Shown in pieces: positions 52,862 to 63,479 of a DNA stretch of 64,000 bases. Origin of the DNA: an uncultured bacterium (GTDB lineage: Bacteria > Bacteroidota > Bacteroidia > Bacteroidales > Bacteroidaceae); contig CAMHUC010000010.1 in the NCBI GenBank assembly GCA_946188155.1, forward strand, positions 5,834-69,833, written 5' to 3'. Within the stretch, counting starts at the first letter, position 1. Each line of letters starts with the position of its first letter. Under the pieces are notes generated by a model. The model did not search any database. It worked only from the letters and a program-made list of their open reading frames with translations, and was not told where the DNA came from. Both the position numbers and the translations under genes were made by a program.

Positions 52862-54463
52862 ATGGCAGAGAAGAGAGGTTACGGCATAGGCCTGCAGTGG
52901 TTCCCCGACTTCATCAAGCGCGGGGCCATCTATGTGGACAAGACGGAGTACGTCTACAAGATGGCGCATTCGAATGCGAAGAATTTCTTCCTGAGCCGCC
53001 CCAGGCGGTTCGGCAAGTCACTCTTAGTGAGCACCCTCGAAGCCTACTTCAGCGGGCGCAGGGAGCTGTTCAAGGGGCTGGCCATCGACAGTCTGGAGAA
53101 GGAATGGGTGGAATATCCCGTCATCCACCTCGACCTGAGCAGCGGCAAGTACTACGAGCTGGCGCGGCTCCACGGCACCATCAGCAATATGCTAAGGCAT
53201 GAAGAGGAGAAATGGAACATCGCCAATGTGGAAGACCCCTATAATTATGATGCGCGCCTGAGCAACCTTATTCTGGCTGCTTACAAACAGACAGGCCGCG
53301 AGGTGGTGGTGCTCATCGACGAGTACGACGCGCCGATGCTCGACAGCATCGCCAAGCCCGACCTGCAGGACCAGATACGCGACCGCATCCGCAACCTGTT
53401 CTCACCGCTGAAGGCACAGGCGCAGTACCTCCGCTTCGTGTTCCTGACAGGCATCTCGAAGTTCTCGCAGCTATCAGTGTTCAGCGAGCTGAACAATCTG
53501 AACATCCTGACCTTCGACCCCGAGTACGAAGGCTGCTGCGGCATCACCGAGGAGGAGCTGCTGACACAGCTGAAGCCCGACATCGAGTGGCTCAGCGAGG
53601 CATCGGGGCTATATGGTGGCAAGAAGTTGGACTACGACGAGACGGTGGCTGCCCTGAAGCGGAAGTACGACGGATACCACTTCTCCAGAAGAATGACCGA
53701 CATCTACAATCCCTGGAGCCTGTTCTACGCCTTCGATACCGGTGAAATCGGGAATTACTGGTTCTCCACCGGCACCCCGTCGTCACTTATCAACCTGATG
53801 CGGGTGAAGCAGTTCAACATGTCAGAGCTGGAGGGCTTTGAGGCAGACTTAGACAGGTTTGACGCGCCCACCGAGCGCATCAGCGACCCGGTGCCTGTGC
53901 TCTTCCAGAGCGGCTACCTGACGCTGAAGGGCTACAACCCCGATACGGAAAACTATATCCTCGGCTTCCCCAACGAGGAGGTCTACAAGGGCTTCGGCAC
54001 TTCACTCTACCAGTACTACTGCGCCGACTATATCGGCAGCCGTAACCAGATGAACAATGCCTACCAGTATATGCGCCTGAAGAAGATCAGCTTCGAGCAG
54101 TTCCTCGAAGCCGTGCGCAAGTGGTACGCGGGTATACCATACTCTATCACCAGCCAGAACCAGAACGAGCAGTTCTACCAGTCGCTCTTCTACTCGCTGA
54201 TGGTGGGCGTGGGGGCGGACGTGCATGCCGAGGAGCAGACCAGCGACGGGCGGATGGACATCTCGCTGAAGATGCAGGATGCCATCTACATCCTGGAGTT
54301 CAAGTACGACAAGACCACCGAGGAGGCCATGGAGCAGATCTGCCGCAAGGACTATGCCGTGCGCTTCGCCGCCGACCCTCGCCCCGTGTATGCCGTGGCC
54401 CTGAACATCGACGCACGGCGGCGCACCATCGACAGCTATGAGATAGTACGCCTGGGAGAGTAA
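52862..54463 (+). CDS. AAA-ATPase-like plus PD-(D/E)XK nuclease (DUF1703-type), copy 1
   Basis: YVDKT, RPRRFGKS, LIDEYD, YNPWS, FQSGYLT, PNEEV, GRMDI...ILEFK. Confidence 0.92.
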   Translation: MAEKRGYGIGLQWFPDFIKRGAIYVDKTEYVYKMAHSNAKNFFLSRPRRFGKSLLVSTLEAYFSGRRELFKGLAIDSLEKEWVEYPVIHLDLSSGKYYELARLHGTISNMLRHEEEKWNIANVEDPYNYDARLSNLILAAYKQTGREVVVLIDEYDAPMLDSIAKPDLQDQIRDRIRNLFSPLKAQAQYLRFVFLTGISKFSQLSVFSELNNLNILTFDPEYEGCCGITEEELLTQLKPDIEWLSEASGLYGGKKLDYDETVAALKRKYDGYHFSRRMTDIYNPWSLFYAFDTGEIGNYWFSTGTPSSLINLMRVKQFNMSELEGFEADLDRFDAPTERISDPVPVLFQSGYLTLKGYNPDTENYILGFPNEEVYKGFGTSLYQYYCADYIGSRNQMNNAYQYMRLKKISFEQFLEAVRKWYAGIPYSITSQNQNEQFYQSLFYSLMVGVGADVHAEEQTSDGRMDISLKMQDAIYILEFKYDKTTEEAMEQICRKDYAVRFAADPRPVYAVALNIDARRRTIDSYEIVRLGE

Positions 54464-54523
54464 AGTACGGATTGCAGGCATGTTGTTCACAAAGGTCTGA
54501 CACTTTGTGTACACCTCATCGTT

Positions 54524-55261
54524 TCAATACCTTTCAAAACGGTATGTCAGGCCAATTTGGAGATTCGTGTTTGATCCTAAGCCGAATTCTAAGAATCCTC
54601 GCACTTTCTGCTTTCCTATCTCCCAGCCAAACGGTGTCGCAAGATACGCGAACCGCAGCCTCCTCTCATCCAAATCATCATCGCTCTTCAGAGGAATCTT
54701 TTCCACATCGGCTTCCTTTTGCTGATAATGCAAACCGACAGACGCCTTCATATATAGACTGCACCAACTGTTATTCAGCCATGACCATTTCAGCGATGGC
54801 ATTAGGAAGAAAGATTTTTCCTTTATCTCGCCAGCAGAAATATACTGCGTTGTATATTCGGTCTTATAGAATACTTTCGTTGTCTGTTCTTTACTGTCCC
54901 AGTATTCATAGGAGGTTTCAACTGGGATTCTATAATCATTCCCAAGCGATGAGTGGTATGTGGTAAAAGCAACCATTGCTCCTATGGCAATCCGATGATT
55001 CAGATGGTAATAGTAGCTTATCAATGGTCCGCTTGATGAGGGTCCGAATAGACTGTATCTGTTGTCGTGATCTGGTTTGTAGACCATAGCCTGATATACT
55101 TTTTTCTCATAATCATCCCATTGGCTACGTGGCATAAACATACCTGTTAGACTTACATTCACCTCGTGCCTATAGTATCGTGTCTTGCTCTCCTCGGGTT
55201 CATCAGCAAAAGCATAAACTCCGCCAATCAGCACCGTGATTAATAAAATGGTTCTCTTCAT
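54524..55261 (-). CDS. Hypothetical outer membrane beta-barrel protein (low GC)
   Basis: Signal peptide, alternating beta strands, C-terminal GLTYRF. Confidence 0.7.
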   Translation of the reverse strand: MKRTILLITVLIGGVYAFADEPEESKTRYYRHEVNVSLTGMFMPRSQWDDYEKKVYQAMVYKPDHDNRYSLFGPSSSGPLISYYYHLNHRIAIGAMVAFTTYHSSLGNDYRIPVETSYEYWDSKEQTTKVFYKTEYTTQYISAGEIKEKSFFLMPSLKWSWLNNSWCSLYMKASVGLHYQQKEADVEKIPLKSDDDLDERRLRFAYLATPFGWEIGKQKVRGFLEFGLGSNTNLQIGLTYRFERY

Positions 55262-55340
55262 ACGCTCAGACAACTGTTATCGTGTAAAATTATTGTTCCT
55301 AGACACACAAAGGGTTAGACCCTTTGTGTGTGCTATATCA

Positions 55341-55900
55341 CTAAAGGGTACCATAAACTTTTCCGTCCCCACCACACGATGAACACTTTCCATTATGATT
55401 TGCGCATGCGCCACATAATGTGTGCTTCATGTGATTCTGGATGCCAGTGCCGTTGCATATCCTGCATTTCCCGCTACCCATGCAGAGACGACAGTCCTTG
55501 TAGCCATATTGGATTTTGGGTGACGAGCTGCTTGACCTGGATGATGATGAAGAGCTTCTGTAGATGATGATGACCCCGACGAGGAACTGCTACCGCTGTT
55601 TTTCATCATCTGGATAGCCTGTCCTTTTTCAATTCTGAACTGATCCAAAGTCAAGTTGGGTCGATATTTCTTTGCCGCCTGATATTCCTGCTGCTCCTGG
55701 TTCATCACCTGCTACATCGCATATCGAGGGTCAAGAAGATAGTCCATACTCGTGTTGCGAACGAATCCACCAGGCATCACCTGATAGCCACCCATACCGT
55801 AGCCACCACCCATACCCTGGGCCATACCTTGCAAAATTGTGTCGCATGAGGTGAACACTGTCACGCAAGCGACAAATAATAAAGAAACTATCTTACTCAT
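55341..55900 (-). pseudogene. Disrupted lipoprotein with DnaJ-type zinc finger
   Basis: SPII signal FTSC; in-frame TAG at 55712-55714; frameshift near 55560 in a Ser tract; alternative frame reads CRLCMGSGKCRICNGTG...CGAC...CSSCGGDG. Confidence 0.75.
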
Positions 55901-55999
55901 TTTCTTATACTTTTAGTTAATAATAATATTGTATTTCCCGATCTTACGAGAAGAACTAATCTTAGTAGCCCATAGAATCGTCCTGACTATTTAGTATCA

Positions 56000-58273
56000 T
56001 TATCTAATGACTATTTTATAACTATCGCCATTTGCTTTTTTTACAATATAAACTCCCTGTTGTATCTTTGTTGATTTCCCATGATAAGGACCTATGTATA
56101 ACCCGTGTATATTATATAAGTCCCCCTCAACAAAGTCGTTATACATACTGCAAACCGAAGATACTTCTTCTTCATTGTAGAGCTGCATGTTATCAATAAA
56201 AACTCCACCAGACTGTATCTGTCCATATAGTTTGTACCTGAACGTATTATCTGCAAAAACCAAAGGAACTTCTATCGTATTCCAAGTTTCGGTTCTATCC
56301 TTAAAGGTATAGATGTTATATTCACCATATTGATCTTCTACATACAGTGTAAACTTTGGTGTTTGTGAATTTGCAACAGCTGTACAATAAATATCAAATG
56401 AGAGATAGTAATTCTTTCCTGCCTCCACCTCAATATCGGCACTGATTGCTTCTGACTCACTAAATGACTTATCCTTTCCAGAAAACAACATAAATATGTT
56501 TGCGCCATCTTTAGCATTGGGAATCAGGTCAGCATTCATGACAAAATCGTTTCTTTTGTATGCTCGCCATACCGCTTTTCCCATAATCGACGAAACAGAA
56601 ATCGTTGAATTCTGTCTTGATTCAAAACTCTCTTTGTAATACAAATTCTTTTCCGTATGGGTATTGGGTTTCTCTGGGTCAATAATAGTCTCCCCAGACG
56701 TAGTAAAAGAAATAGTTCCTTCCGAAATGTTTGTGGTTATGGCAGAAAGTGACACTTTTGACGAACTTCCATCCCACGCAACCGCAGCGGGGGATGTTGT
56801 CGGCGAAAAGGAGATGACTCTCTTACTTCCAGGAAACGGACATTCTGGAGAGTTTATATTACCATACTTCTTTTTTGATGGTTCTGAGCCTGATGCACAT
56901 ACAGGATAAAGCCCCTGTGGATGTGATGCATTAACGGTATTGGTCTTATTATATAGTTCGATGTTGGGATGAATATGATAAACCATCAAGCCAGCCCCTG
57001 GAAGTGCTGCATCAAAATAATATTGCTGTCTGTTCTCCAGCAAATAATAATCACCCTCACTCCCTGTGTCAATTCTGTATACCAATGTCTCTGTAGGGTT
57101 TTCTACCTCAATGCGTGGCATTACTATCTGCTGGTTTTCTTTTAGAACGACTTCACTGTTCCATCCAAATATATGGCATCTAACGTACGGGTTGAAATTT
57201 GCTGGCGAACGTCCGTCATCATTCCAACTGCCGCTGGCCATGATATCCCATTGTCCTGTTCCAAAATATTCACCACCAGTGCCGTAGTTGGTATCATAGT
57301 AATCCATTGCGCCAAGGGCATGGCCAAGTTCATGGCAGACAACTCCTATGTTTGAAATTTCGTTGCCACGATTCCCACGTAATTCAGGAGAGCATGAATA
57401 ACCAGCAAGTGTGTAGCCGATTTCATTCTTCAACATTATGCGATGTGGGTATTCGTGAGCCCAAATTGCATCAGAAGATGCTCCAGCTTCTTCACCATAG
57501 CCGGCAAAGATGATATGCACATTGTCTATCAGACCATCATTGTCGTTGTCATAAAGGGAATAGTCTATGTCTTTGGGAAGGCTTAGCATTGCCTCAATAC
57601 AAAGATCTACTGCATGGGTATCGTTGCCACCAGCACTACTATTCCTGCCATAATAGCTCATGGTGTTCTTTGAAGTGTATGGGCCATACACGTCTGTGAT
57701 GAAATCCAGCTGTCCTTGGGATGCAAATCTATAATAATCTCTTACACTCCCTATTGCTTCGTTCTGGTGATAGTCAAGTTCATTAATCAAAGCGTCAAAT
57801 TCTTCATTTGTTTTCTTGAAATGAAGGTCCTTATATTGCATTAAGATTACTAATGCCCTTCTTTCTCCAATGATGGGTGATGCAGAAGCCACTCTTTGCT
57901 GACCAGAAGCACGCCGCACATCATTATTGACTCTAACGGGTACTATTCCTTTAGGGCATATTTCTTTAAAAGCTTTTAGCTCGTTTGACTCTTCATCTGC
58001 CGACATTAATTTGAACTCCGACTTTTGAACTTCCCCGCTTTCGGTGACTTTTGCATACCACCAACCCACGGAGTCGCTCAACAATGAATAACCATCTGGA
58101 GTTATAGCATATTTATGATTTTCATCTCCTCGCATAAATATATCTACCTCCTTCCCATTTTGAGTTATAACTTTAACCTTATATGGATAAGCAGACACCG
58201 CAAACGTGCTATTCGCTATATGTAGGAGGGCTGCAATTAAGAGTCCTGCTCCAAATCCAAAGACATTCTTCAT
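56000..58273 (-). CDS. M6 family metalloprotease (immune inhibitor A-like) with T9SS-type tail
   Basis: RGDE, GSVRDYY, YDNDNDGLID, IWAH, CHELGHALG, WDIMASGSWN, YYLLENRQ; low GC. Confidence 0.9.
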   Translation of the reverse strand: MKNVFGFGAGLLIAALLHIANSTFAVSAYPYKVKVITQNGKEVDIFMRGDENHKYAITPDGYSLLSDSVGWWYAKVTESGEVQKSEFKLMSADEESNELKAFKEICPKGIVPVRVNNDVRRASGQQRVASASPIIGERRALVILMQYKDLHFKKTNEEFDALINELDYHQNEAIGSVRDYYRFASQGQLDFITDVYGPYTSKNTMSYYGRNSSAGGNDTHAVDLCIEAMLSLPKDIDYSLYDNDNDGLIDNVHIIFAGYGEEAGASSDAIWAHEYPHRIMLKNEIGYTLAGYSCSPELRGNRGNEISNIGVVCHELGHALGAMDYYDTNYGTGGEYFGTGQWDIMASGSWNDDGRSPANFNPYVRCHIFGWNSEVVLKENQQIVMPRIEVENPTETLVYRIDTGSEGDYYLLENRQQYYFDAALPGAGLMVYHIHPNIELYNKTNTVNASHPQGLYPVCASGSEPSKKKYGNINSPECPFPGSKRVISFSPTTSPAAVAWDGSSSKVSLSAITTNISEGTISFTTSGETIIDPEKPNTHTEKNLYYKESFESRQNSTISVSSIMGKAVWRAYKRNDFVMNADLIPNAKDGANIFMLFSGKDKSFSESEAISADIEVEAGKNYYLSFDIYCTAVANSQTPKFTLYVEDQYGEYNIYTFKDRTETWNTIEVPLVFADNTFRYKLYGQIQSGGVFIDNMQLYNEEEVSSVCSMYNDFVEGDLYNIHGLYIGPYHGKSTKIQQGVYIVKKANGDSYKIVIR

Positions 58274-58370
58274 TAAATGATTTGACACTTTTTAATAAGG
58301 TTCCCACCCTCGGGATAGACCTGCCAATCAGACTTGATGCCAGCCAAGGGTGGGAACGCACAAATATCTG

Positions 58371-59633
58371 CTATCTAAAATACTTTCTTGCATGCGCCTC
58401 TTCTTCAGAACGCTTTAGAATGACAACGCCATCTGTTTGTTTCGGGGAAGAAAGTCTTTTTGGAGCATTTGAACCACTTACATCCCACTGGCCACCACTC
58501 ATATCAGATGATTCTGTTCCATCTTTAAACACACCCCTTGCAAAGATAGTGATAAGTGGATTAACAGCAAGAGGAGTAGATGTGCGGTAAGAGAAAGTGT
58601 GCTGATTGGGATAATTGGTAACTATTTCCATATCCCAAATTTCCGCGAACCAATGTTTCTTTTTATGTTTAGCATAATAATTAATCTCAAATGCAAATGC
58701 AACAGCAGGTTTTCTTTCAGAGGAAGGTAAATTACCGTATATAACATGATATGAATCACTTAAACCTTCTTTGACAGCGGTGAACTGGAAACCATCAGTT
58801 CCATATCTCATGTCGTCTGACGGGAAGCTCACCCATGCATCCGTGTCTCCATTCTTATAAGCAGGAGTTGTGACTTTTTCCTTTACTACTTCACCACGTT
58901 TGTTTTCAACATCAAAAGCAACCGTGCAAATATAATAGGTTGTAGCCTCTGTGATACTATAACCGTTAATATCTTTTGAGGGGAAGAACATGTAATCATC
59001 GACATATTTGTTGGCATCCCTTTTCAGCAGTGCATCAAGTAGTTCCATGTCTGTCATGCGGTTCAACTCTCTTTCTGAGATACACAACCAATGGAACGTA
59101 TTTACTTTGCCTGTCTTTTCCAAGTCCCAACCGATTTGATTGTAAAGGGCCACCAAGTTAGATGGTGTGACTTTTACATTGGTTAGCACATTCCCCTGGT
59201 TTATAATAATACTTGCAGTAGCCCCACTACCCGTCAAAGTAATTGTAGCTGAGCGTTCGGTAGACGAAATGTTTTCATTGGTTGGATAAATCGTCATTTG
59301 CACAGAGCCTTTACCATTTGAAGGAGATACGCTTAACCAAGAAGGTACATTGCCAATGTTCCAATCTACATTCGACGTGACGGTTAGCGTTTGCTTGTAG
59401 TCAATACCGCTTTTCCCATCAAATCCGCCTTGGAAAGTCAGATTGGTCGATTCGCTTCCATTGACTTTAATATAAGGCGATTCACCCCCCTGAGGGACGT
59501 TTGGAGTTGGAGTTGGGGTAGGGGTCGGCGTTGGTTCTGGCTCATCATCATCACCGCAAGATACCAATCCAACACTCAGCACGCTAACCAACACAAAGGC
59601 CAGCATGCTCCAAAGAAAATCCTTTTTCTTCAT
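58371..59633 (-). CDS. BACON-domain lipoprotein with (PT)n linker
   Basis: LVSCGDDDE, PTPTPTPT, VTSNVDW..WLSVSPSNG..ERSATITL; low GC. Confidence 0.82.
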   Translation of the reverse strand: MKKKDFLWSMLAFVLVSVLSVGLVSCGDDDEPEPTPTPTPTPTPNVPQGGESPYIKVNGSESTNLTFQGGFDGKSGIDYKQTLTVTSNVDWNIGNVPSWLSVSPSNGKGSVQMTIYPTNENISSTERSATITLTGSGATASIIINQGNVLTNVKVTPSNLVALYNQIGWDLEKTGKVNTFHWLCISERELNRMTDMELLDALLKRDANKYVDDYMFFPSKDINGYSITEATTYYICTVAFDVENKRGEVVKEKVTTPAYKNGDTDAWVSFPSDDMRYGTDGFQFTAVKEGLSDSYHVIYGNLPSSERKPAVAFAFEINYYAKHKKKHWFAEIWDMEIVTNYPNQHTFSYRTSTPLAVNPLITIFARGVFKDGTESSDMSGGQWDVSGSNAPKRLSSPKQTDGVVILKRSEEEAHARKYFR

Positions 59634-59714
59634 AACTGTAATTTTTTAATTGTGATACATAAAGTTTGTTAGTTCATTTACCAGTATGTTGAAAGAGGAT
59701 GCAAAAGTCAGGGC

Positions 59715-59992
59715 ACAAAGAATGGCGTGGCTGTTCTTATGCACTTGACCTAAGGGGCGAGCCTGAGAAACTTTAGAACCCCTCACTACATTTATAAGAA
59801 TGCTACCACGCCAAATAGGCGCGTGCATAGCTAATGCCTGTAGTGAAGGGAACGCCACTCCCGGCTTCCCCCTGCTATCTTAAATCGGACTATTCTAAAA
59901 ATTAGTTTCTCAGGCTACTTCAGTCAAGTGCGATATAATAAGCTATTGCATCAATGAAACCGGATTTCTCCCCGATTCCGTCTGCAAAGATA
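59715..59992 (-). ncRNA. Putative structured 5' leader/attenuator upstream of the BACON-M6 cluster
   Basis: TATCTTTG promoter near 59985-59992; helices 59741-59772/59904-59931, 59779-59789/59839-59850 and 59723-59740/59794-59813; U-rich tail. Confidence 0.55.
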
Positions 59993-60219
59993 AACAATAT
60001 TTCTGAATAAAACGCAACTTTGGCAAAAAAATTTTTAAAAAGAGTGAGATATTAGCTATTTCACATAAAAACTATGCCAAACGGGGGCAAATTACGGAAG
60101 AAATGCCCAAATGGACATACTTCGTGGGCTTTTGTTATTAGCCTTGCTGAAAATTGGAACGTAATATTCTTTGCCGTTTGAGAATTATTTCGTATATTTG
60201 CACGCAAAATCGGAAAGCT

Positions 60220-61821
60220 ATGGCAGAGAAGAGAGGTTACGGCATAGGCCTGCAGTGGTTCCCCGACTTCATCAAGCGCGGGGCCATCTATGTGGACAAG
60301 ACGGAGTACGTCTACAAGATGGCGCATTCGAATGCGAAGAATTTCTTCCTGAGCCGCCCCAGGCGGTTCGGCAAGTCACTCTTAGTGAGCACCCTCGAAG
60401 CCTACTTCAGCGGGCGCAGGGAGCTGTTCAAGGGGCTGGCCATCGACAGTCTGGAGAAGGAATGGGTGGAATATCCCGTCATCCACCTCGACCTGAGCAG
60501 CGGCAAGTACTACGAGCTGGCGCGGCTCCACGGCACCATCAGCAATATGCTAAGGCATGAAGAGGAGAAATGGAACATCGCCAATGTGGAAGACCCCTAT
60601 AATTATGATGCGCGCCTGAGCAACCTTATTCTGGCTGCTTACAAACAGACAGGCCGCGAGGTGGTGGTGCTCATCGACGAGTACGACGCGCCGATGCTCG
60701 ACAGCATCGCCAAGCCCGACCTGCAGGACCAGATACGCGACCGCATCCGCAACCTGTTCTCACCGCTGAAGGCACAGGCGCAGTACCTCCGCTTCGTGTT
60801 CCTGACAGGCATCTCGAAGTTCTCGCAGCTATCAGTGTTCAGCGAGCTGAACAATCTGAACATCCTGACCTTCGACCCCGAGTACGAAGGCTGCTGCGGC
60901 ATCACCGAGGAGGAGCTGCTGACACAGCTCAGGCCCGACATCGAGTGGCTCAGCGAGGCCTCCGGGCTGTACGGAGGCAAGAAGATGGACTACGACGAGA
61001 CGGTGGCTGCCCTGAAGCGGATGTACGACGGCTACCACTTCTCAAGGAGAATGACCGACATCTATAACCCCTGGAGCCTGTTCTACGCTTTCGAGAAGGG
61101 TGAAATCGGAAATTACTGGTTCTCCACCGGCACCCCTTCCTCGCTCATCAACCTGATGCGGGTGAAGCAGTTCAACATGCCCGAGCTGGAGGGCTTTGAG
61201 GCAGACTTAGACAGGTTTGACGCGCCCACCGAGCGCATCAGCGACCCGGTGCCTGTGCTCTTCCAGAGCGGCTACCTGACGCTGAAGGACTACAATCCGG
61301 ATTCGGGAAACTATATCCTGGGCTTCCCCAATGAAGAGGTCTATAAGGGTTTCGCCTATTCGCTCTATCAATACTACTGTACTGACTACTATGGCAGCAG
61401 TGACCAGATGAACAATGCCTACCAGTACATGCGCCTGAAGAAAATCAGCTTCGAGCAGTTCCTCGAAGCCGTGCGCAAGTGGTACGCGGGCATACCATAC
61501 TCTATCACCAGCCAGAACCAGAACGAGCAGTTCTACCAGTCGCTCTTCTACTCGCTGATGGTGGGCGTGGGGGCGGACGTGCATGCCGAGGAGCAGACCA
61601 GCGACGGGCGGATGGACATCTCGCTGAAGATGCAGGATGCCATCTACATCCTGGAGTTCAAGTACGACAAGACCACCGAGGAGGCCATGGAGCAGATCTG
61701 CCGCAAGGACTATGCCGTGCGCTTCGCCGCCGACCCGCGCCCCGTGTATGCCGTGGCCCTGAACATCGACGCACAGCGGCGCACCATTGACAGCTATGAG
61801 ATAGTACGCCTGGGAGAGTAA
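60220..61821 (+). CDS. AAA-ATPase-like plus PD-(D/E)XK nuclease, copy 2
   Basis: Near-identical to 52862-54463; start trimmed to MAEKRG. Confidence 0.92.
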   Translation: MAEKRGYGIGLQWFPDFIKRGAIYVDKTEYVYKMAHSNAKNFFLSRPRRFGKSLLVSTLEAYFSGRRELFKGLAIDSLEKEWVEYPVIHLDLSSGKYYELARLHGTISNMLRHEEEKWNIANVEDPYNYDARLSNLILAAYKQTGREVVVLIDEYDAPMLDSIAKPDLQDQIRDRIRNLFSPLKAQAQYLRFVFLTGISKFSQLSVFSELNNLNILTFDPEYEGCCGITEEELLTQLRPDIEWLSEASGLYGGKKMDYDETVAALKRMYDGYHFSRRMTDIYNPWSLFYAFEKGEIGNYWFSTGTPSSLINLMRVKQFNMPELEGFEADLDRFDAPTERISDPVPVLFQSGYLTLKDYNPDSGNYILGFPNEEVYKGFAYSLYQYYCTDYYGSSDQMNNAYQYMRLKKISFEQFLEAVRKWYAGIPYSITSQNQNEQFYQSLFYSLMVGVGADVHAEEQTSDGRMDISLKMQDAIYILEFKYDKTTEEAMEQICRKDYAVRFAADPRPVYAVALNIDAQRRTIDSYEIVRLGE

Positions 61822-61877
61822 AGTACGGATTGCAGGCAACAAAAAGATAATCAAAAGTAAAAGTTAATAGGAAAGCT

Positions 61878-63479
61878 ATGGCAGAGAAGAGAGGTTACGG
61901 CATAGGTCTGCAGTGGTTCCCCGACTTCATCAAGCGCGGGGCCATCTATGTGGACAAGACGGAGTACGTCTACAAGATGGCGCATTCGAATGCGAAGAAT
62001 TTCTTCCTGAGCCGCCCCAGGCGGTTCGGCAAGTCACTCTTAGTGAGCACCCTCGAAGCCTACTTCAGCGGGCGCAGGGAGCTGTTCAAGGGGCTGGCCA
62101 TCGACAGTCTGGAGAAGGAATGGGTGGAATATCCCGTCATCCACCTCGACCTGAGCAGCGGCAAGTACTACGAGCTGGCGCGGCTCCACGGCACCATCAG
62201 CAATATGCTAAGGCATGAAGAGGAGAAATGGAACATCGCCAATGTGGAAGACCCCTATAATTATGATGCGCGCCTGAGCAACCTTATTCTGGCTGCTTAC
62301 AAACAGACAGGCCGCGAGGTGGTGGTGCTCATCGACGAGTACGACGCGCCGATGCTCGACAGCATCGCCAAGCCCGACCTGCAGGACCAGATACGCGACC
62401 GCATCCGCAACCTGTTCTCACCGCTGAAGGCACAGGCGCAGTACCTCCGCTTCGTGTTCCTGACAGGCATCTCGAAGTTCTCGCAGCTATCAGTGTTCAG
62501 CGAGCTGAACAATCTGAACATCCTGACCTTCGACCCCGAGTACGAAGGCTGCTGCGGCATCACCGAGGAGGAGCTGCTGACACAGCTGAAGCCCGACATC
62601 GAGTGGCTCAGCGAGGCCTCCGGGCTGTACGGTCGTAAGAAGATGGACTACGACGAGACGGTGGCGGCCCTGAAGCGGATGTACGACGGCTATCATTTCT
62701 CTGACAGAATGACCGACATCTACAATCCCTGGAGCCTGTTCTATGCCTTTGAAAAAGGGAAGATAGGGAATTACTGGTTCTCCACCGGCACCCCTTCCTC
62801 GCTCATCAACCTGATGCGGGTGAAGCAGTTCAACATGCCCGAGCTGGAGGGCTTTGAGGCAGACTTAGACAGGTTTGACGCGCCCACCGAGCGCATCAGC
62901 GACCCGGTGCCCGTGCTCTTCCAGAGCGGCTACCTGACACTGAAGGATTACAATCCGGATTCGGAAAACTATATTCTGGGTTTCCCCAATGAAGAGGTCT
63001 ACAAGGGCTTCGGCACCTCACTCTACCAGTACTACTGCGCCGACTATATCGGCAGCCGCAACCAGATGAACAATGCCTACCAGTACATGCGCCTGAAGAA
63101 GATCACCTTCGAGCAGTTCCTCGAGGCCGTGCGCAAGTGGTACGCGGGCATACCATACTCCATCACCAGCCAGAACCAGAACGAGCAGTTCTACCAGTCG
63201 CTCTTCTACTCGCTGATGGTGGGCGTGGGGGCGGACGTGCATGCCGAGGAGCAGACCAGCGACGGGCGGATGGACATCTCGCTGAAGATGCAGGATGCCA
63301 TCTACATCCTGGAGTTCAAGTACGACAAGACCACCGAGGAGGCCATGGAGCAGATCTGCCGCAAGGACTATGCCGTGCGCTTCGCCGCCGACCCTCGCCC
63401 CGTGTATGCCGTGGCCCTGAACATCGACGCACGGCGGCGCACCATCGACAGCTATGAGATAGTACGCCTGGGAGAGTAA
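61878..63479 (+). CDS. AAA-ATPase-like plus PD-(D/E)XK nuclease, copy 3
   Basis: Near-identical tandem copy. Confidence 0.92.
   Translation: MAEKRGYGIGLQWFPDFIKRGAIYVDKTEYVYKMAHSNAKNFFLSRPRRFGKSLLVSTLEAYFSGRRELFKGLAIDSLEKEWVEYPVIHLDLSSGKYYELARLHGTISNMLRHEEEKWNIANVEDPYNYDARLSNLILAAYKQTGREVVVLIDEYDAPMLDSIAKPDLQDQIRDRIRNLFSPLKAQAQYLRFVFLTGISKFSQLSVFSELNNLNILTFDPEYEGCCGITEEELLTQLKPDIEWLSEASGLYGRKKMDYDETVAALKRMYDGYHFSDRMTDIYNPWSLFYAFEKGKIGNYWFSTGTPSSLINLMRVKQFNMPELEGFEADLDRFDAPTERISDPVPVLFQSGYLTLKDYNPDSENYILGFPNEEVYKGFGTSLYQYYCADYIGSRNQMNNAYQYMRLKKITFEQFLEAVRKWYAGIPYSITSQNQNEQFYQSLFYSLMVGVGADVHAEEQTSDGRMDISLKMQDAIYILEFKYDKTTEEAMEQICRKDYAVRFAADPRPVYAVALNIDARRRTIDSYEIVRLGE

Noticed and set aside
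55712-55714. TAG recoding or readthrough
   Set aside because: TAG ends other clear genes here (for example at 49951 and 15473), and the same gene also has a frameshift
59495-59545. 6-nt repeat in the BACON gene as a mobile micro-array
   Set aside because: It encodes an ordinary (PT)n linker with synonymous variation
52862-63479. Diversity-generating retroelement (TR/VR pairs)
   Set aside because: No reverse transcriptase is present, differences are not adenine-specific, and all three copies are full genes
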